This document shows, one piece after another, positions 1 through 12,685 of a stretch of 64,000 nt of DNA (its first letter is position 1; every line of letters starts with the position of its first letter). Where the stretch lies: contig MU062317.1 in the NCBI GenBank assembly GCA_013265495.1, positions 1,672,229 through 1,736,228 of the forward strand. Direction: 5' to 3'. The notes beneath the pieces were generated by a model, which worked only from the letters and a program-made list of their open reading frames with translations, searched no databases and was not told where the DNA came from. A program made the translations under genes and the position numbers. This stretch comes from Vicugna vicugna (taxonomy: Eukaryota).

Positions 1-440
1 GTGGTAATTATCAGCTTGTTTGGTGACTTTTCATGATTTTGGAATATCACAAAATGCACGGAGATGAGCGTGTCTGAAGTCTGGTCACACGCCGGCACTC
101 GGAGCCAAAGCTCCCAGTTACGAGGTGTCTGCGTGTCACAGGTTTCCTGCTCAGTTTCTTCCAGTCACGACTTATTTACACGTTTTAGCCTTCTTCCACC
201 ATTTTAACATACTTCCTTCTTTTGAGAGTTTCGAGTTACTCCTGAAGCCAGAGAGGACGCACTGCACTTGCTGTCTGAAAGCTCACTGCACCCGCACGCC
301 GCATGGGCCCGGGGGCCACGAGCCCCGCAGACGGCCTGCTCGCTCCCGATTTCTCCCCAGGAAGGAGCCGAGCTGGGCGCCAGGGCCTGAGGGAGCCCCC
401 TCCCCACACACAGTTCGCACACCTTGGTCGTGGCCGCACG

Positions 441-461
441 GCCAGCACCTGGGACAGTGCC
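441..461 (+). promoter_or_regulatory. Candidate RE1/NRSE (REST) site
   Basis: gcCAGCACCtgGGACAGtGCC matches TTCAGCACCACGGACAGCGCC at 16/21, with both half-sites and the 2-nt spacer intact. Confidence 0.5.
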
Positions 462-1774
462 CAGCACACAGGGGTGCCGGTGAATGTTAGCTGAGACAAG
501 TCCACACACACACACCCTACACTATCAACTTCAGTAACAGGAAAAAAGCAATGTATTCCATGTCCCCCACATAGCCTGAACCATCCTCCCAAACATGGGC
601 AAACATGGGCCATGGGGCACGCTCTGGGACGGCAGCGAGGGCCACACAAGGGGCCCTGCCTCCCCAGACCCCTGTCTCAGGCCAGCCCCGTGTAGCGCCA
701 GCTCTGGCAGCTCTGCCCAGGAGGCAGCTGCTAAATGAGCAAACTCAGATCTCAGAGAAAGGCTGCACCTTGGAAGACTGGTTTTCATCCCGTTCTGCGT
801 CTCCAGCCCCGTCCAACACCAGTTACCACTCTCGAGTCCAGTAAAAAAATTCACCCTCCCTTATGTGACATGCTAGACGTGTTTAGCTTTCTCTGCGCCA
901 CCATTTAACAACTTGGTGAGCAATGCTTGGATCACATCTGGGGGCAACTTCACAGCCACTTGGTTACTTTCCAAATTAACAAAGGTCCCTTTTCCTACAG
1001 AGCCCACCCTTACCAGGGGCCAGGCTGGGACAACAGTCACTGAGAGCAGTGTGAGTTTGCCAGGAGTCAGGACCCGTTGCGTTGAGGGGTCCTGCCACCG
1101 TGTTGCCAAGAGCTCTTTATTTCAAACCTACATTTGAATTATCAGTATTTCAGGAAATGCGCCTCTAAAAAAAAAAAAAACTTAAAAGCCAAGCTTCTAT
1201 TCTCAGAAATTCACATGAATTAACAGATTAATGGGGTGAAAAAATTTTCAAGTCTCTCCTACATGCTGCCAAAGCAGGTCCTTGCTCATATTTTTCATTA
1301 TCGAGTTCAGTTTTCTAACTGTACTGAGCCCTGACTTCATGTGCAGGCAGAGCGAGCGTTCAGGCTGGGTCTCTGCAGGTGCTTGCCTGGGACACGGGTT
1401 CCCGCAGTGATTTGTGATTTTGGACTGTGAACTCAGATTTCTTTTCATTTATCTGTGGGAATTCTCTGAGGCTGGGCTGACGAGACCTGTGCCCCTGCCA
1501 GCCTCCTGGGGGCGCTGCTGGGATGTGTGGACTCGGGGGCAGTGGTGTGAGGTCCAGCGGGAGGCTTCAGACTCTCAGGAAGAGCGGTCCCCCACCCCAC
1601 ATGAGGTGTCAGGAGCCGTCTTGCTGTTGCTGGGGACGCAGCCACCCTCCTCCTCCCTCCCTGAGCCCCGTTTCATGCCACTGTGGCGTGGGGAGGGGTC
1701 TCATCCTAGGCCCCAGGCCTGCCCCTCTCCTGGCCTTGGTCACGCGGCAAGTGGCACCTCCACCCTCCTGGCCT

Positions 1775-1968
1775 GGGGGTGGACAAACTACAGCCTGGGC
1801 AGGTAGGGCTGCCACCTGCTCTCATCAACAAAGTTTTATTGGAACACAGCTGCGCTCACTGTTCACCTCCTGCCGGGGGCCCAGCTGAGTAGCTGTGACA
1901 GGCCTGATGGCCCACAAAACCTAAAATAGTTACTCTCAGGCCCTTCCCAGGAAAGGCCTATAACCCCT
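1775..1968. mobile_element. MER58A (hAT-Charlie) relic
   Basis: aaagttttattggaacacagc...gagtagctgtgaca...tggcccacaaaacctaaaatagttactctcaggccctt...acccctg. Confidence 0.8.
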
Positions 1969-4900
1969 GTTCTAGTCACTCACATGGAAAAGCCAGGGGA
2001 ATCCTTGAGCAGCACAGCCACCCCCCTGGCTCCCCAAGTCCCTTCCCGAGGGACCCAGGATCTTCTGCCTCCGGTCCCCTCACAGAAAAGGCCAAAGTCC
2101 TCCGCTGGCCCTGCAGCAGCAGCAGCCCCGGAGGTGGGTGTGGAGTATAAAGTGCTGAGGGTCACACCCTGCGCTTGGGGCCAGGGTCACAGAGCAAAGT
2201 CCAGACACCGCCCCGTCTGGGAAAGTAACGGGGCACCGCTTCCTGAGCGCAAACCGCAGGACTGCAGGGCGGGGGCGACCGATCCACTGAGCATTCCCCC
2301 AAGAGCTTTCCAGAAAGTCTGGGTCCGAGTCTGCACCCCCAGGAGCGCGGGGACCCTGCCACCATGCACACGGCAGACGGAGCTCTAATGCCTCTTGGTG
2401 TCTCTCATTTCTCCGATGACCAGTGAGGGTCAGAGCGCCTGCATTCGTGAAAATTACCCTTCTCGCTTTAATTAACCATCTGTATCCTTGTCCAACCTCA
2501 GACTCCCGGGGTTCACCAAAACGCCGCAGCTCTTTACTACTGAACACACGTGTCATCTGATCTCTCATTATAGGTTTTGCTACAAACATCTTCCCCGTGT
2601 GCTTTTTGTGCTGACTTTGTAAGGAAACTACAGAAGCCCGAGACGTGTGTGCAGCTGAGTCTAAAGGCCCACTTCCCTCCGGTGCTCCCTGCGCGGGCTT
2701 CCCTTCGAGGCCTGTGCTGCTCCTGGGCTTTTATGACGCACTGCACATCCGTCCACCTGTGACTGACTCTGATGTGAACAAAGGACCTGAAACTGACCGA
2801 CTGTCTCCTTGGACTCACGGGGAGAGCCCTCTGCTCCTTTACAGGAAGCGCTCACGCCCACACGGTCTCTGAACATCAGTTCTGACCCACGGGCTGGGGC
2901 TCCCGGTCGACTGTCCCCACTCCGTGCCGCCCGGGGCTCAGGACCTCAGGGTCTCCCTTCCTGGGGTGGGCGCCGCCCTCAGCTCCTGAGACACTCTCTG
3001 GCTCTCTCCCTTCCGGTCACCAGTTGAGTCTTCTTTCATCGCTCTGGAAGAAAGCGCTGTCAAGGGCAGATACAGCCCTAGGCAGGGAGCCTCGGGCCAG
3101 TGAGACCGGCCACGCTCACTTTCCGACCTTGGGTCACCGGCAGAGAAGGTGAGAAGTGAGAAGTGGGCTTCTCCGTGTAAGTCCTGCCGATTCCCGCCGG
3201 ACCAGGCGAGTGGCTCTCGGGACGCCACTTTCAAGGACACACAGGAGTGCCTGGCAGCCCCATAATTAACCCAAGGGAAATGGTGGGAAGGTGCGGCCTC
3301 CAGACTTAAACCCAAGGACAACCAGGTGGGACGTCAGCCCAGTGACACGCCCGCCTCCCCATCTACAAAGGGCCGAACAATCTAGGAGTTGGGGGTCTCG
3401 GTGGGTTCCCTTCTCGCCCTCCCAGCGTCTGTGAAAACCTGCTCGTTGGTGCTCTGGGGAGAGCTGGGCATCTGTAATGGGGTGGGGAGGGGGCAAGAGT
3501 GGGAACCCCCACCCAGTCCCCACTCCTCCAGGGGGAGGGAAAGCTTTTGCCCACTGATTTTGGGGTGGGGACGGTGGGAGGTGCAGGACGAGTGCCTGCA
3601 CCCTGCAATCAGACAAACGGGGGTTCCCCTTGAAACCCACAGGGCGGGAGGGGCCGGGCCCCTCTGTGCTGCCTGGCTCTGCCTGCCTCGCTGGGTGGGT
3701 GGGCTTCACCTTGGACCAGTCAGCCAGTCATGAGGGAAATGAGCATTTCTCTGATGTCCTGAAGGGTGGCCCGTCCCTTTTGCCTGAGACCCTCCTTTGG
3801 CCACAACCGAGCCGGTGCCTAGATGCACAGGAAGAGAAGTCACCTGGCCACAAGCTGGTCAGTTGTCTGTTTTTTAAACAAACGTTAAGAGAGTGGGCAG
3901 TGGGTGCCCTGTGTCGTGGGGGCTGGGAGGCCTCCATTCGCCAGGTTTCATCCTGTCCATCTGGATGGCTCACAGCAAACACTCAAGTCCATACCTGGTC
4001 GGCTGGCCCAGAAATTTGACAAGGGTCCATCACTCCTCCGTCCTCTGTTCGCACTCAGCGACGCCCGACCTCCCCACGGCATCTGATGCCCTGAGGACCC
4101 CGCATTCTCCAATATCCGCCTCAGTTCCCAAGGCTCTTCTTGCCCCCCATGGATGGGCTCCTACCTTCCTAGTCCCCAGGACAGCACCCTGGTCTCCCAC
4201 AGCCGCTCTGCTCCGATCACTAACTATGATGAATGATAAACCAGTGTGTAGAGTGCACCTACGAGGTGCGGGTCCGGGGACACAGCCTGCAGGGTGGAGC
4301 GCCACGCCCAATGGGGAGACGTGCACACGGGCCGTGAGGGGCACGGCGGAGGGGCTGCCGGGATGGACACTGGAGCCACGACAGGAAGTAGGGGAGGGTG
4401 AGCTCTGGAGACGAGGACAGGGTGGCAGAGCACTCAGCACAGGTGAGGCCCCAGGGAGCGGTGCTCGGTTGCTGTGCTGAACACATCGTGTCCCCCCAGA
4501 TTCATGACCACCCAGGGCCTCGTCCGGAAAAAGCATCTCATCACCGCAGTTAGTCAAGTTGAAATGAGGTCGTCCTGGGTTCGGGTGGGTCCCGTCATGA
4601 CTGGTGTCCTGGGAAGGGCAGAGGCAGACAGCGAGGAGGCGGCAAGGGCTGGAGAGCTGCCGCGACCAGCCAAGGAGCGCCCAGAACTGCCAGCAGCCCC
4701 AGGACAGAGCCCCCCCTGGGGAGGGGCAGGGGAGGGAGCGCGGCCCGGCCGGTGCGCGGCTTGGACTTCAGACTCCTGAGCTGAGACAGAATGAGTTTCT
4801 GTCTGAAGCACCCAGTCTGTGGTGCTTCGCTCTGGCAGCCCCGGGACACCTGGTCCTGGGCCACTGGGGCACCTGCGGGCACCTCCTCTCCCACGGGAAA

Positions 4901-5398
4901 CGGAATGATGACAGAGCCATGTGAAGCACATCGCCTCTACAGAACGTGAAAGCTTCACGAGGAGAAACGAGGACACTCAGCAAGGCGCCCTATGGCACAG
5001 GTCGGGCAGGGCCCACCTGGGCCAGGGACCAGGGTGCTGTCCAGGGGTTCTGGATTCACGGGAGACCCCTGCAACCAACGGGAAACACGTGAACCCTGGT
5101 TCCGTGTCAGATCAGCAGTCTTCTGAATGTGAGCGGGCGGGACCTCGGAGCCCTGGGGCCCTGACGAGGGTTACGTAACAGGGACACACAGGGTGCTTTC
5201 ATCACGCAGCTGCTGTCTGAGAAAAGGCCGACTGGCACCCTCACGGGCTTGGGAAGCATGTAAAAGGCTCACAGCAGAGCTTTTGTGATACTGGCTCAGA
5301 GTGCCCAGCAGAGCCCAGCGCTCGGGGCAGAAAGCTCTTCCCGGGAAAGCAGCACACGGCTCGCGGACAGTCAGGGGTGGGGGGGGGGCTGCACTCAC

Positions 5399-5484
5399 CC
5401 TGTTAAAGCGCTTGGCTTGGAAGAGGTGGCCGTTGGCGCGGTACAGCTTCCTCCATCTTCTGGCTCCGCGGCGGTAGATGGATT
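5399..5484 (-). CDS. PRKCZ: PRKCZ exon 5 (pseudosubstrate [13 protein letters not shown] and C1 start; 5'UTR in PKMzeta mRNA)
   Basis: Acceptor TTCTGTCCAG|AA; 86 nt encoding [29 protein letters not shown]; donor AGG|GTGAGT. Confidence 0.98.
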
Positions 5485-8400
5485 CTGGACAGAACACGAG
5501 AAAGGTGTAAAGAAACAGCAGGGTGGCCCGCGAGCCCAGCTCCCCGACGCGGGGTGCCACGGGGGACAGGATGCCCCAACCAAGTGGCCGGTGGAGCTGA
5601 AATGACAGTGTCCCCCGGGGACTGTCCCCTCTGCTTCCCCTCACCTGGTTCTCGAGTCACCACTGCGGCTGCTGGAGAAGGGGACCTGGGCAGGGAGGAC
5701 GGAGGTGGGGGCAGCCCCGACGGCAGCCGGGACTGCCCGCAGGGACGCTGCCCGCCCGGGGTCAGGCTGTGAAGCCACTCGGGCCCTGTGCGCCCTCCCA
5801 GGTGTTTCCTTTTCCACCCTCTTTCCCTCCGGGCATGAAAACTCCCCCTTTCCACACAAGAACACGGCTCAGGTGGGCCGAGAGCTCCCGCGACATTTAC
5901 TTCGGCGGAGCGACCCTGGATGCCGTGTTCATGGTCGGCCTGAAACGCAGCACTCGGCCAGCACCACCCACCCCTGCCCCAGACACCGGAGGGAAGTAAA
6001 GCAAAACCAACGGACAGTTCGGTTCAATCGCAAGTTCCCCCAAAACGCTACTTTCCCACCGCACGTTCAGTGACTCAGACTTCACGGAAGAGGGCCGCCA
6101 ATTACACACGCCGAGATCAAGCGTGTGACCCGCATCCTTCCCCCCAGTGGTTCTAGCTTTGCTCCTTCAAGACGCTTGGAAACCAAAGTACGTGAAAACA
6201 AAATATTCAGGATACAAGGGGAAGCTTTGTGCTTTGACAAAGTCCTGCAGTAAAGGCGACTTTCATGGGAGTCATGGAAGTGCCAGGAAAATACTAATGT
6301 GGAAACTCTAACGGAATGTTTTTAAAACAAGCAATTACCAGCCCCGCCTGGAACCTGCCCGAATCGGGTCACGGTGATTGCAAAGCGGCTTCTCTCCCTT
6401 TAAATGGGAGACTAAGTGAGAAACCAAGCAGCCCGGGGGCCCCTGGGAGCAGGAGCCCCCCAGCTGCCCCAGCATCGCCGGCAGCCCCTCAGATGCACCC
6501 AAGGCCAGGCTGGAGGCAGCTCCACCCTCCCCCGGAGGTCCCACAGTGGGACTCGGGCCAACTCCCACAGCCCACCTGACCCTCGGCTCTAAGGATGCCC
6601 TGCTGATGGCAGCATGCGGATGCCCACACCTGGTCCTCCTGGCCCATCTGGCTTGACTTGGGGGAAGTCTGGCCCATGGGAGGCCTCTGCTCATGTCCCC
6701 AGGACTGACCACCCCATGAGAGGCATTCACAACCCACAGAAGGAGAGGGAGGCACCAGGTTCTGGCTCTTCCTTGCGCTCAGTGCACGAGCCATGTGAAG
6801 GTCTAAAACTGCACCCCACTGTGTAGCCTTCAGATGCGATAAAACCCACTGGAAATAGGAAACTCAAAGATGGCCTAGCAGAGGCCAAGGGGTATCAGGG
6901 AGCCCACAGCAGGCTGGAGAGCTCACCAAGGGGACAGGACAGAGGACCCGCGTGATGGACAGTGGGTGAGGCCCCTGTATCCCTAGCGAGAAAAACCCAG
7001 ACCCTCGCTGTCAATGACCAAGTATGTGTGTCCCCCAAGTTCACATGCCGTGGGGCTGCATGTGGCGGTGGGGCCCCTAAGCAGGCAACGAGGGTTGCTG
7101 GTCACAGGGTGGGGCCCCCATGCTGGAAGGACAGTCCTTCTAGACCCCAGAGCTCTCCCCACCACATGAGGACCCAGGGGGTGGAGGAAGGTCCTCACCA
7201 GGAACCTGCCTTCAAGCACCCGGGTCTGACTTCTAAACTCCAGACCCCTGAGAAACCAGTGCCTGTGCCTGAGCCCAGGTGAGGCCCTTGTGGCGAGGAG
7301 ACCAGGACGCCTGCCCACCCACGCAAGCTGTGCCCTCGAAGACACGGGCTTAACCAGGAAAACGACAGATTCAGAAGGAAATACAGACGATCTTAACAAT
7401 CCAAGGGGGAGAAAAATTCTGAAAACACAAAAGGCACTGGCCAACTGGAGGGAGGGGACACATCCGAGAACAGTCAGGTGAGGACGGGTGTCCATCCAGG
7501 GGCCTCCCCAAGAGTGGAAGCCCACCGCTCGTCTGCGCTGCCAGCGCGCACGCAGGGGGCGGGGCGAGCCATTCGGGACGCGGGAGTAGCGGCACAAATC
7601 AACAAGGAAAAGCAGTAAGTACACAGCAAGAGACAGGAGAGCCCCCACCCCAAAGACCCTCGAGGACCAGCGCGCCCAGACGGGGCCTGTCCTCGGGGGG
7701 GTCTGCTCGGCACACACACTTTCATGGAGAAAAGTGCCTGCTGCCCCGCGACCCGGCAGCCATGCTGCTCCCAGTCAGCGCCCAGGCCGTCGCACGTGCG
7801 CGCAGGGACGCTGAAGGATGCTGGCAGATGCCCAGGTCCATCGGCAAGAGGACAAATGGCAAACTGCGCGTGTGGCCACCCAGGAAGGCTGGCCCAGTGT
7901 ACACGCGACGTCAGCCACACTCAGCAGCGCAGGCGCACCTTCCAGGACCAAATCCAATCACACAGTCAGTGTCAGATGACACACTGACGCACGTGAAATG
8001 GGCCCTGCGACAGGATGCCCTTGTGAGACTGAAAAACACGCAAGCCCGACAGTGTGTTTGTTCAGGATACGCGGTCGTGCGATGAAACCGTTCCAGCCAG
8101 TGGAAGGCCACGGGCGGTGGGCACAGTGCGGGGGCAGGGGGACATTAAGTTCCGTCCCCGGGTCGGCCGGTAAGGGCGCCGTGGCCGCCCCGCTGTGGGC
8201 GTCACAGCACATGAGCTACATGTTCCCGGGCGCCTCTGGCGCTGCATTAAACCACGCGCACTCAGCACCTCAGAGACGCAGAGGGAGGGACCAGAGGTGT
8301 CCACAGCGATGTGGTTAAACTAACTTCAGATCCTTAGTCTTCAAAAGAGCCAGGGGACAGACAGGACAACAGGTGACAGGAGAGGGGCAGATGTGAAAGT

Positions 8401-8612
8401 GAAGGGAGAGGAAGCGGGGAGGTCAGTGGAGGGCAGACAGGAGGAGGCTGTGTCCTGCCAGGGCCCCCTCTGGACGACCCGCCCGGGGGAGGGGGGAGTG
8501 CGTTTCTAGCATGCAGAACGCTGTGCCACGTTAGGCAGAAGTGCGGCCTTGCTGTTGTCTCTAGCTGGAGACTGAGCGTGGTTTCGGGGGATGGGCTCGG
8601 CGAGGGGCGGGA

Positions 8613-8991
8613 TGTGGTGGGTGGTCTCGTGTGTCAGCTGGGCTGGGCCGTGGAGCCAGCTTTGACGGACGTTATTCCCGATGTTTCTGCGCAGGTGTTT
8701 CTGCGTGGGGCCCCCGTTTGAATCTGGAGTCTGAGGGAGCCAGGCTGCCCTCCCTAGTGCAGTGAGCCTCGTCCGATCAGGTGAAGGCCAAGCAAGCCAG
8801 AGTTCTGCAGCGGACGGACATGGGACCTGAACCGCAGCGGCAGCTCTCCCGGCACCCAGCCTGCCGGCCGCCCTGCGGGTTCTGGACTCGCAGCCTCCCT
8901 AGCTGCGTGGGCCAGTCCCGTACGACAAGCCTCCTGTCTGTATACACACGCCCTGTTGGTTCTGCGCCTCTGGAGAGCCCAGACTTACACA
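8613..8991 (+). mobile_element. MLT2-family solo LTR (ERVL)
   Basis: TG...CA ends; tgtggtg...gtgtcagctgggctgggcc...ttattcccgatgtttctg...ctgttggttctgcgcctctggagagcccagacttacaca. Confidence 0.8.
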
Positions 8992-11900
8992 GGGGCTCAG
9001 GTGGTACTTCCACCCACCACCCCTGGAAAGCGGCGCCCAGGTGACTCACAAGGAACCACCAGAGACCGCAGGGTCGCCCTCACTTGTAAAGAAATACACG
9101 CTTTCTGCTCTGAAGTAATTTCAAATGAACAGAAAGCTGCAAAGGTGGGCAAGAGAGCTCCCGTGTAACCTGCCTGCGTTTCCAGAGTGAGCGCCTGACT
9201 CCCTCCCACACGGTGGGAAGGAGAGAAGCACACGTGTCCTTGGAGAACGTGTGTGTGCAGCACTTCCGAGGGCGGGCACCCTGGGGAGGGCCTGGCCGGC
9301 CCCCGGCCCCGCTGCGGGCCCCGTGCTTCCACCGCCCCAGAGACCCGCGGGTGGGCCGCACGGCCCCCCGGAGCAGCCTCGGGCCCCGGGGGTGGCTCGG
9401 CTGCTCCCTCACGCTGGTTCCCTGGCTTCCTGCTGGGCCGTCGCCCTGTCAAGGCCAAGCTCGGAGCTGGAGCCCACTGGGCACCCAGAGCCCACCCGGT
9501 CACTTCCCGGTGCCCGAGCTCGGGATGCAGCGCTGGCAGCAGTCGATCCTCGGGGCCCTGCGAACGTTCCTGCAAACTCAATTCGACGCCCTCAGAGAAG
9601 CTCTCTGCTCACCTCTGGCTTCTATAATTAGGGCAGCTGCAGGGACCTCAACCAGCCCAGTTTCTATGGCAATCGAGCGTCTTGAGAGCTCTGACGAGGG
9701 GAGGAAGCACATTTTAAGAAGGCGCTTAGAGCAACAGGCTGCGGAACAAACCAGCATCCCCCAGGCTGGTGGGCGGGCGTGGGGCGCGCCGGGTCTGCAG
9801 GAGGGCGGGGCGGAGCTGGGCCTCTCGGGCGCTTGCTGGACACAGCCCCACCGCCCGGGGTGACCCGCGGCCAGTGCCTTGGGACCACAGCGGGGCGCAA
9901 GGGCCAGCCAGGTGCCTTCGCGGTGGTTCCAGGCCAGTGACCCAGCCCGAGACGAGGCCAGGGAGCTGATGAGGGGCCCTTGGGCCGTAGGGGGAGGTGG
10001 GGGTGGGGTCCTCGGGCAGAGCGGGATCTGCTGCCCCCAGACCCAGCTTGTTTCAGGGGAGTGGTGTCCACGGGGCCACCGTCCATGAGAGTCCACACCC
10101 AGGGGGCAGGGCCCACGTCAGGGTCTCACTCCATGGCGCCCTCACCAGCCACAGTTCCACCAGAAGGCTCCCACTGCAAGCTGTGTGTGGCCGTCTGAAA
10201 ACAGGATCTGAGGATTTGGGTGGGACGCCGGCGTGGCTCGGGGGACGCATCTGGTGCTGCTGCGAAGTCCGGGGGCCACCCTGGCTGGGGCCCTGAGGGT
10301 CGACAGAGAGTGTGGACACAGTCAAGGCCCATGGAGCTCACAGCTCGCCTGCCTCCCTCCCGGGACTGGAGTCACCCGATAGTGGGTCCAGCCGCCCACC
10401 GTGGGCACCTTGGGTGGTCACCGTGTCTCAGGACGGCCCGGCACTGTCCTTAGAGCCGTCTCAACCAGAACCCACGTCCTCCTCCAGCTCCGTGGGTCAT
10501 TCTGATGGTGGGGACAGTGCCGAGCAGGCTGCAGCTGGGCCAGGTGGGCGGCCCTCTGTGGGCCTCGACGCCGGGCAGCCCCACCCGAGGCCCTTTCCCA
10601 TGCGGCTTCCTGCCCCTTGTCCCCACTACTTTCCTTCCAGGCTGAAGATGTGACTTAAAACTGCTGCCCCAAGAGGCAGGTGAAGGCTGACGCACCGCAG
10701 ACACAGAGCTTGGGAGGCCTCGGAGCCACCACCGCAGGAGGCTGGCTGCAAGGGGACGGTGGCAATCTGGTCCTGTCAGCAGGCCCGGCTCCCCTGTCCC
10801 TAGGCCGCAGGGGCCACTCCTCTCAGGAATTGCAGCCACGACACACAGGAGCTGGGTGAGAACCTGGGAGGGAGCCTGGGGCACGGGGGGCTGCACGGGG
10901 CGCTGCTGGAGGAAGCACCCGGGCCAAGAAGGCGTGCACCCTGCCCGCGGAATGGGGAGGCGGTGAGGACGCAGCCCTCCACCCCGAGGACAGTCAACGA
11001 GAACCAGGCTGGGTGTCGCGGACGTCCAGTGGTCAGAACGTGAGAGGACGCGGGGTCAGGGGGGCCGAGCGCACGGCAAGGCCCGGCGCCCACGGGTGCC
11101 TGCCCGGAGTTCAGTGTGACGGAAACAGCCCAGACACGACAAGCTGCCTCTGTCCGCTCGGGACGCTGTCACAGACCCCACAGACGGGCTCCGGCACAGG
11201 AAGACACTCCCCACAGGCTGGAGGCCCGAGGCCAGGGCCCAGAAGTCCCAGGTTCTGGTGACGGCCTCCTCCCGGCTCAGAGACGGCTTCTCGCTGGCAC
11301 CCATACGGCAGAGAGAGCTGATGTCCCCTCTTACAGGACACAAACCCCATTGTGGGGACCCCACTGTCAGACCCATAGGCCTCATCTCCAAATATGTCAG
11401 GGGTCAGGAATTTGACAGAGAAGTTCAGTCCCTAGCAGTCTGTTCCTGGTCCCCCCAAATCCATGCCCTTCTCGCATGCAAAACAGTCACCCGATCCAAC
11501 AGCCCCCAAACATTAACCCCAGCAGCAGCTCTGAAGCCCCAGGTCCCATCTAAACATCACCTAAACCAGGCAAGGGTGGGACTCGAGGCGTAGCTCGTCC
11601 TGAGGAAAATCTGCGCAGCCTGGCCCTGTGAAACCAAGCTGCATGTTTGCAAAATGCAACACGGGGACAGGCACGGGACGGCCACTCAGCTCCGAAAGGA
11701 GAATTGGGAAGGAGGAAGAAGCGACAGGCCCCAGCAAGCGCCAGCCCCGCACGGCGAGTCCATCAGATCTTGAAGGCGCAGGAAGAATCTCCTCGGTGAC
11801 GCTCTGGCCTCCAGCCTCACTGGAGAGGCAGCGTCACTCGCCTACAAGGCTCTCTCAAGATCCAGAGGAGAGATGCAGCTAAAACCCGGGTTCCCTTTGA

Positions 11901-11996
11901 GGCGCCTGCTGAGTCCTACACTGCAGAAGTTCAGGGCAAAACGCCAAGGGACCAAGAAGAAAGCAGATGCTAAAAGGAAAAAAAAAAAAAAAAAAC

Positions 11997-12094
11997 NNNN
12001 NNNNNNNNNNNNNNNNNNNNNNNNNNNNNNNNNNNNNNNNNNNNNNNNNNNNNNNNNNNNNNNNNNNNNNNNNNNNNNNNNNNNNNNNNNNNNN
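11997..12094. other. Assembly gap (98 N)
   Basis: Run of N. Confidence 1.
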
Positions 12095-12119
12095 TAAAAG
12101 GAAAAAAAAAAAAAAAAGC

Positions 12120-12660
12120 CAGGAAGGGATTTTTGGCTGATTCATGGGGCTGAGGAGACAAAAGCTGGAGATCGGGGTCCCAGTGACCCCCAGATCTTTC
12201 CAGCTGTGATACAGAAAGACACGAAAGGAGACTGAAAACTGTAAGCCTCCAGTGAATCCAGGTGACATGTCCACATTCCAGCTGCCAGGATAAAATCGAA
12301 TCCTCTCACGAGGAAAATAACACCATTCAGGGCTCCTGCCGCTTTTCAAACACAGTGTCTGATGTTCAGCAAAAAAGGAAAAAGTAAATACCAGGCAGGC
12401 CAAGAAGTAGAAGCATTTGACTAAACAGCCAATAGAAACGGACTCACGGGAGGCTCAGGTATCAAACTATACTTAGAAAGTCAGGTCAGGTCTCACCAGG
12501 GAGCTGGACCTATGAAAAGCAAGGAATCAAATTCTAAAAATCCTAGGACTTTGGAAATCCTAAAAGTGAAACTAGTCACTGATATTAACAATTCAGGAGA
12601 CAGACTTAGGAGTAGGTGAGACAAAGTAAGAGGCGGCTGTAGAGAAGCCCAGAGGGGCCA
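12120..12660 (+). mobile_element. Possible old L1 ORF1-region remnant
   Basis: A-rich plus-strand sequence just upstream of the L1 ORF2 remnant; weak similarity only. Confidence 0.35.
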
Positions 12661-12685
12661 GGACGGAGAGAAGCAACGAAAACGG

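Noticed and set aside
1-5398. Search for PRKCZ exon 6 and the PKMzeta start codon
   Set aside because: No sequence encoding RAYCGQC...GYRCINC seen; it lies beyond the window.
9213-9863. 216-aa antisense ORF with a helical-looking middle
   Set aside because: No recognisable homology or splice structure; composition is better explained by a regulatory island.
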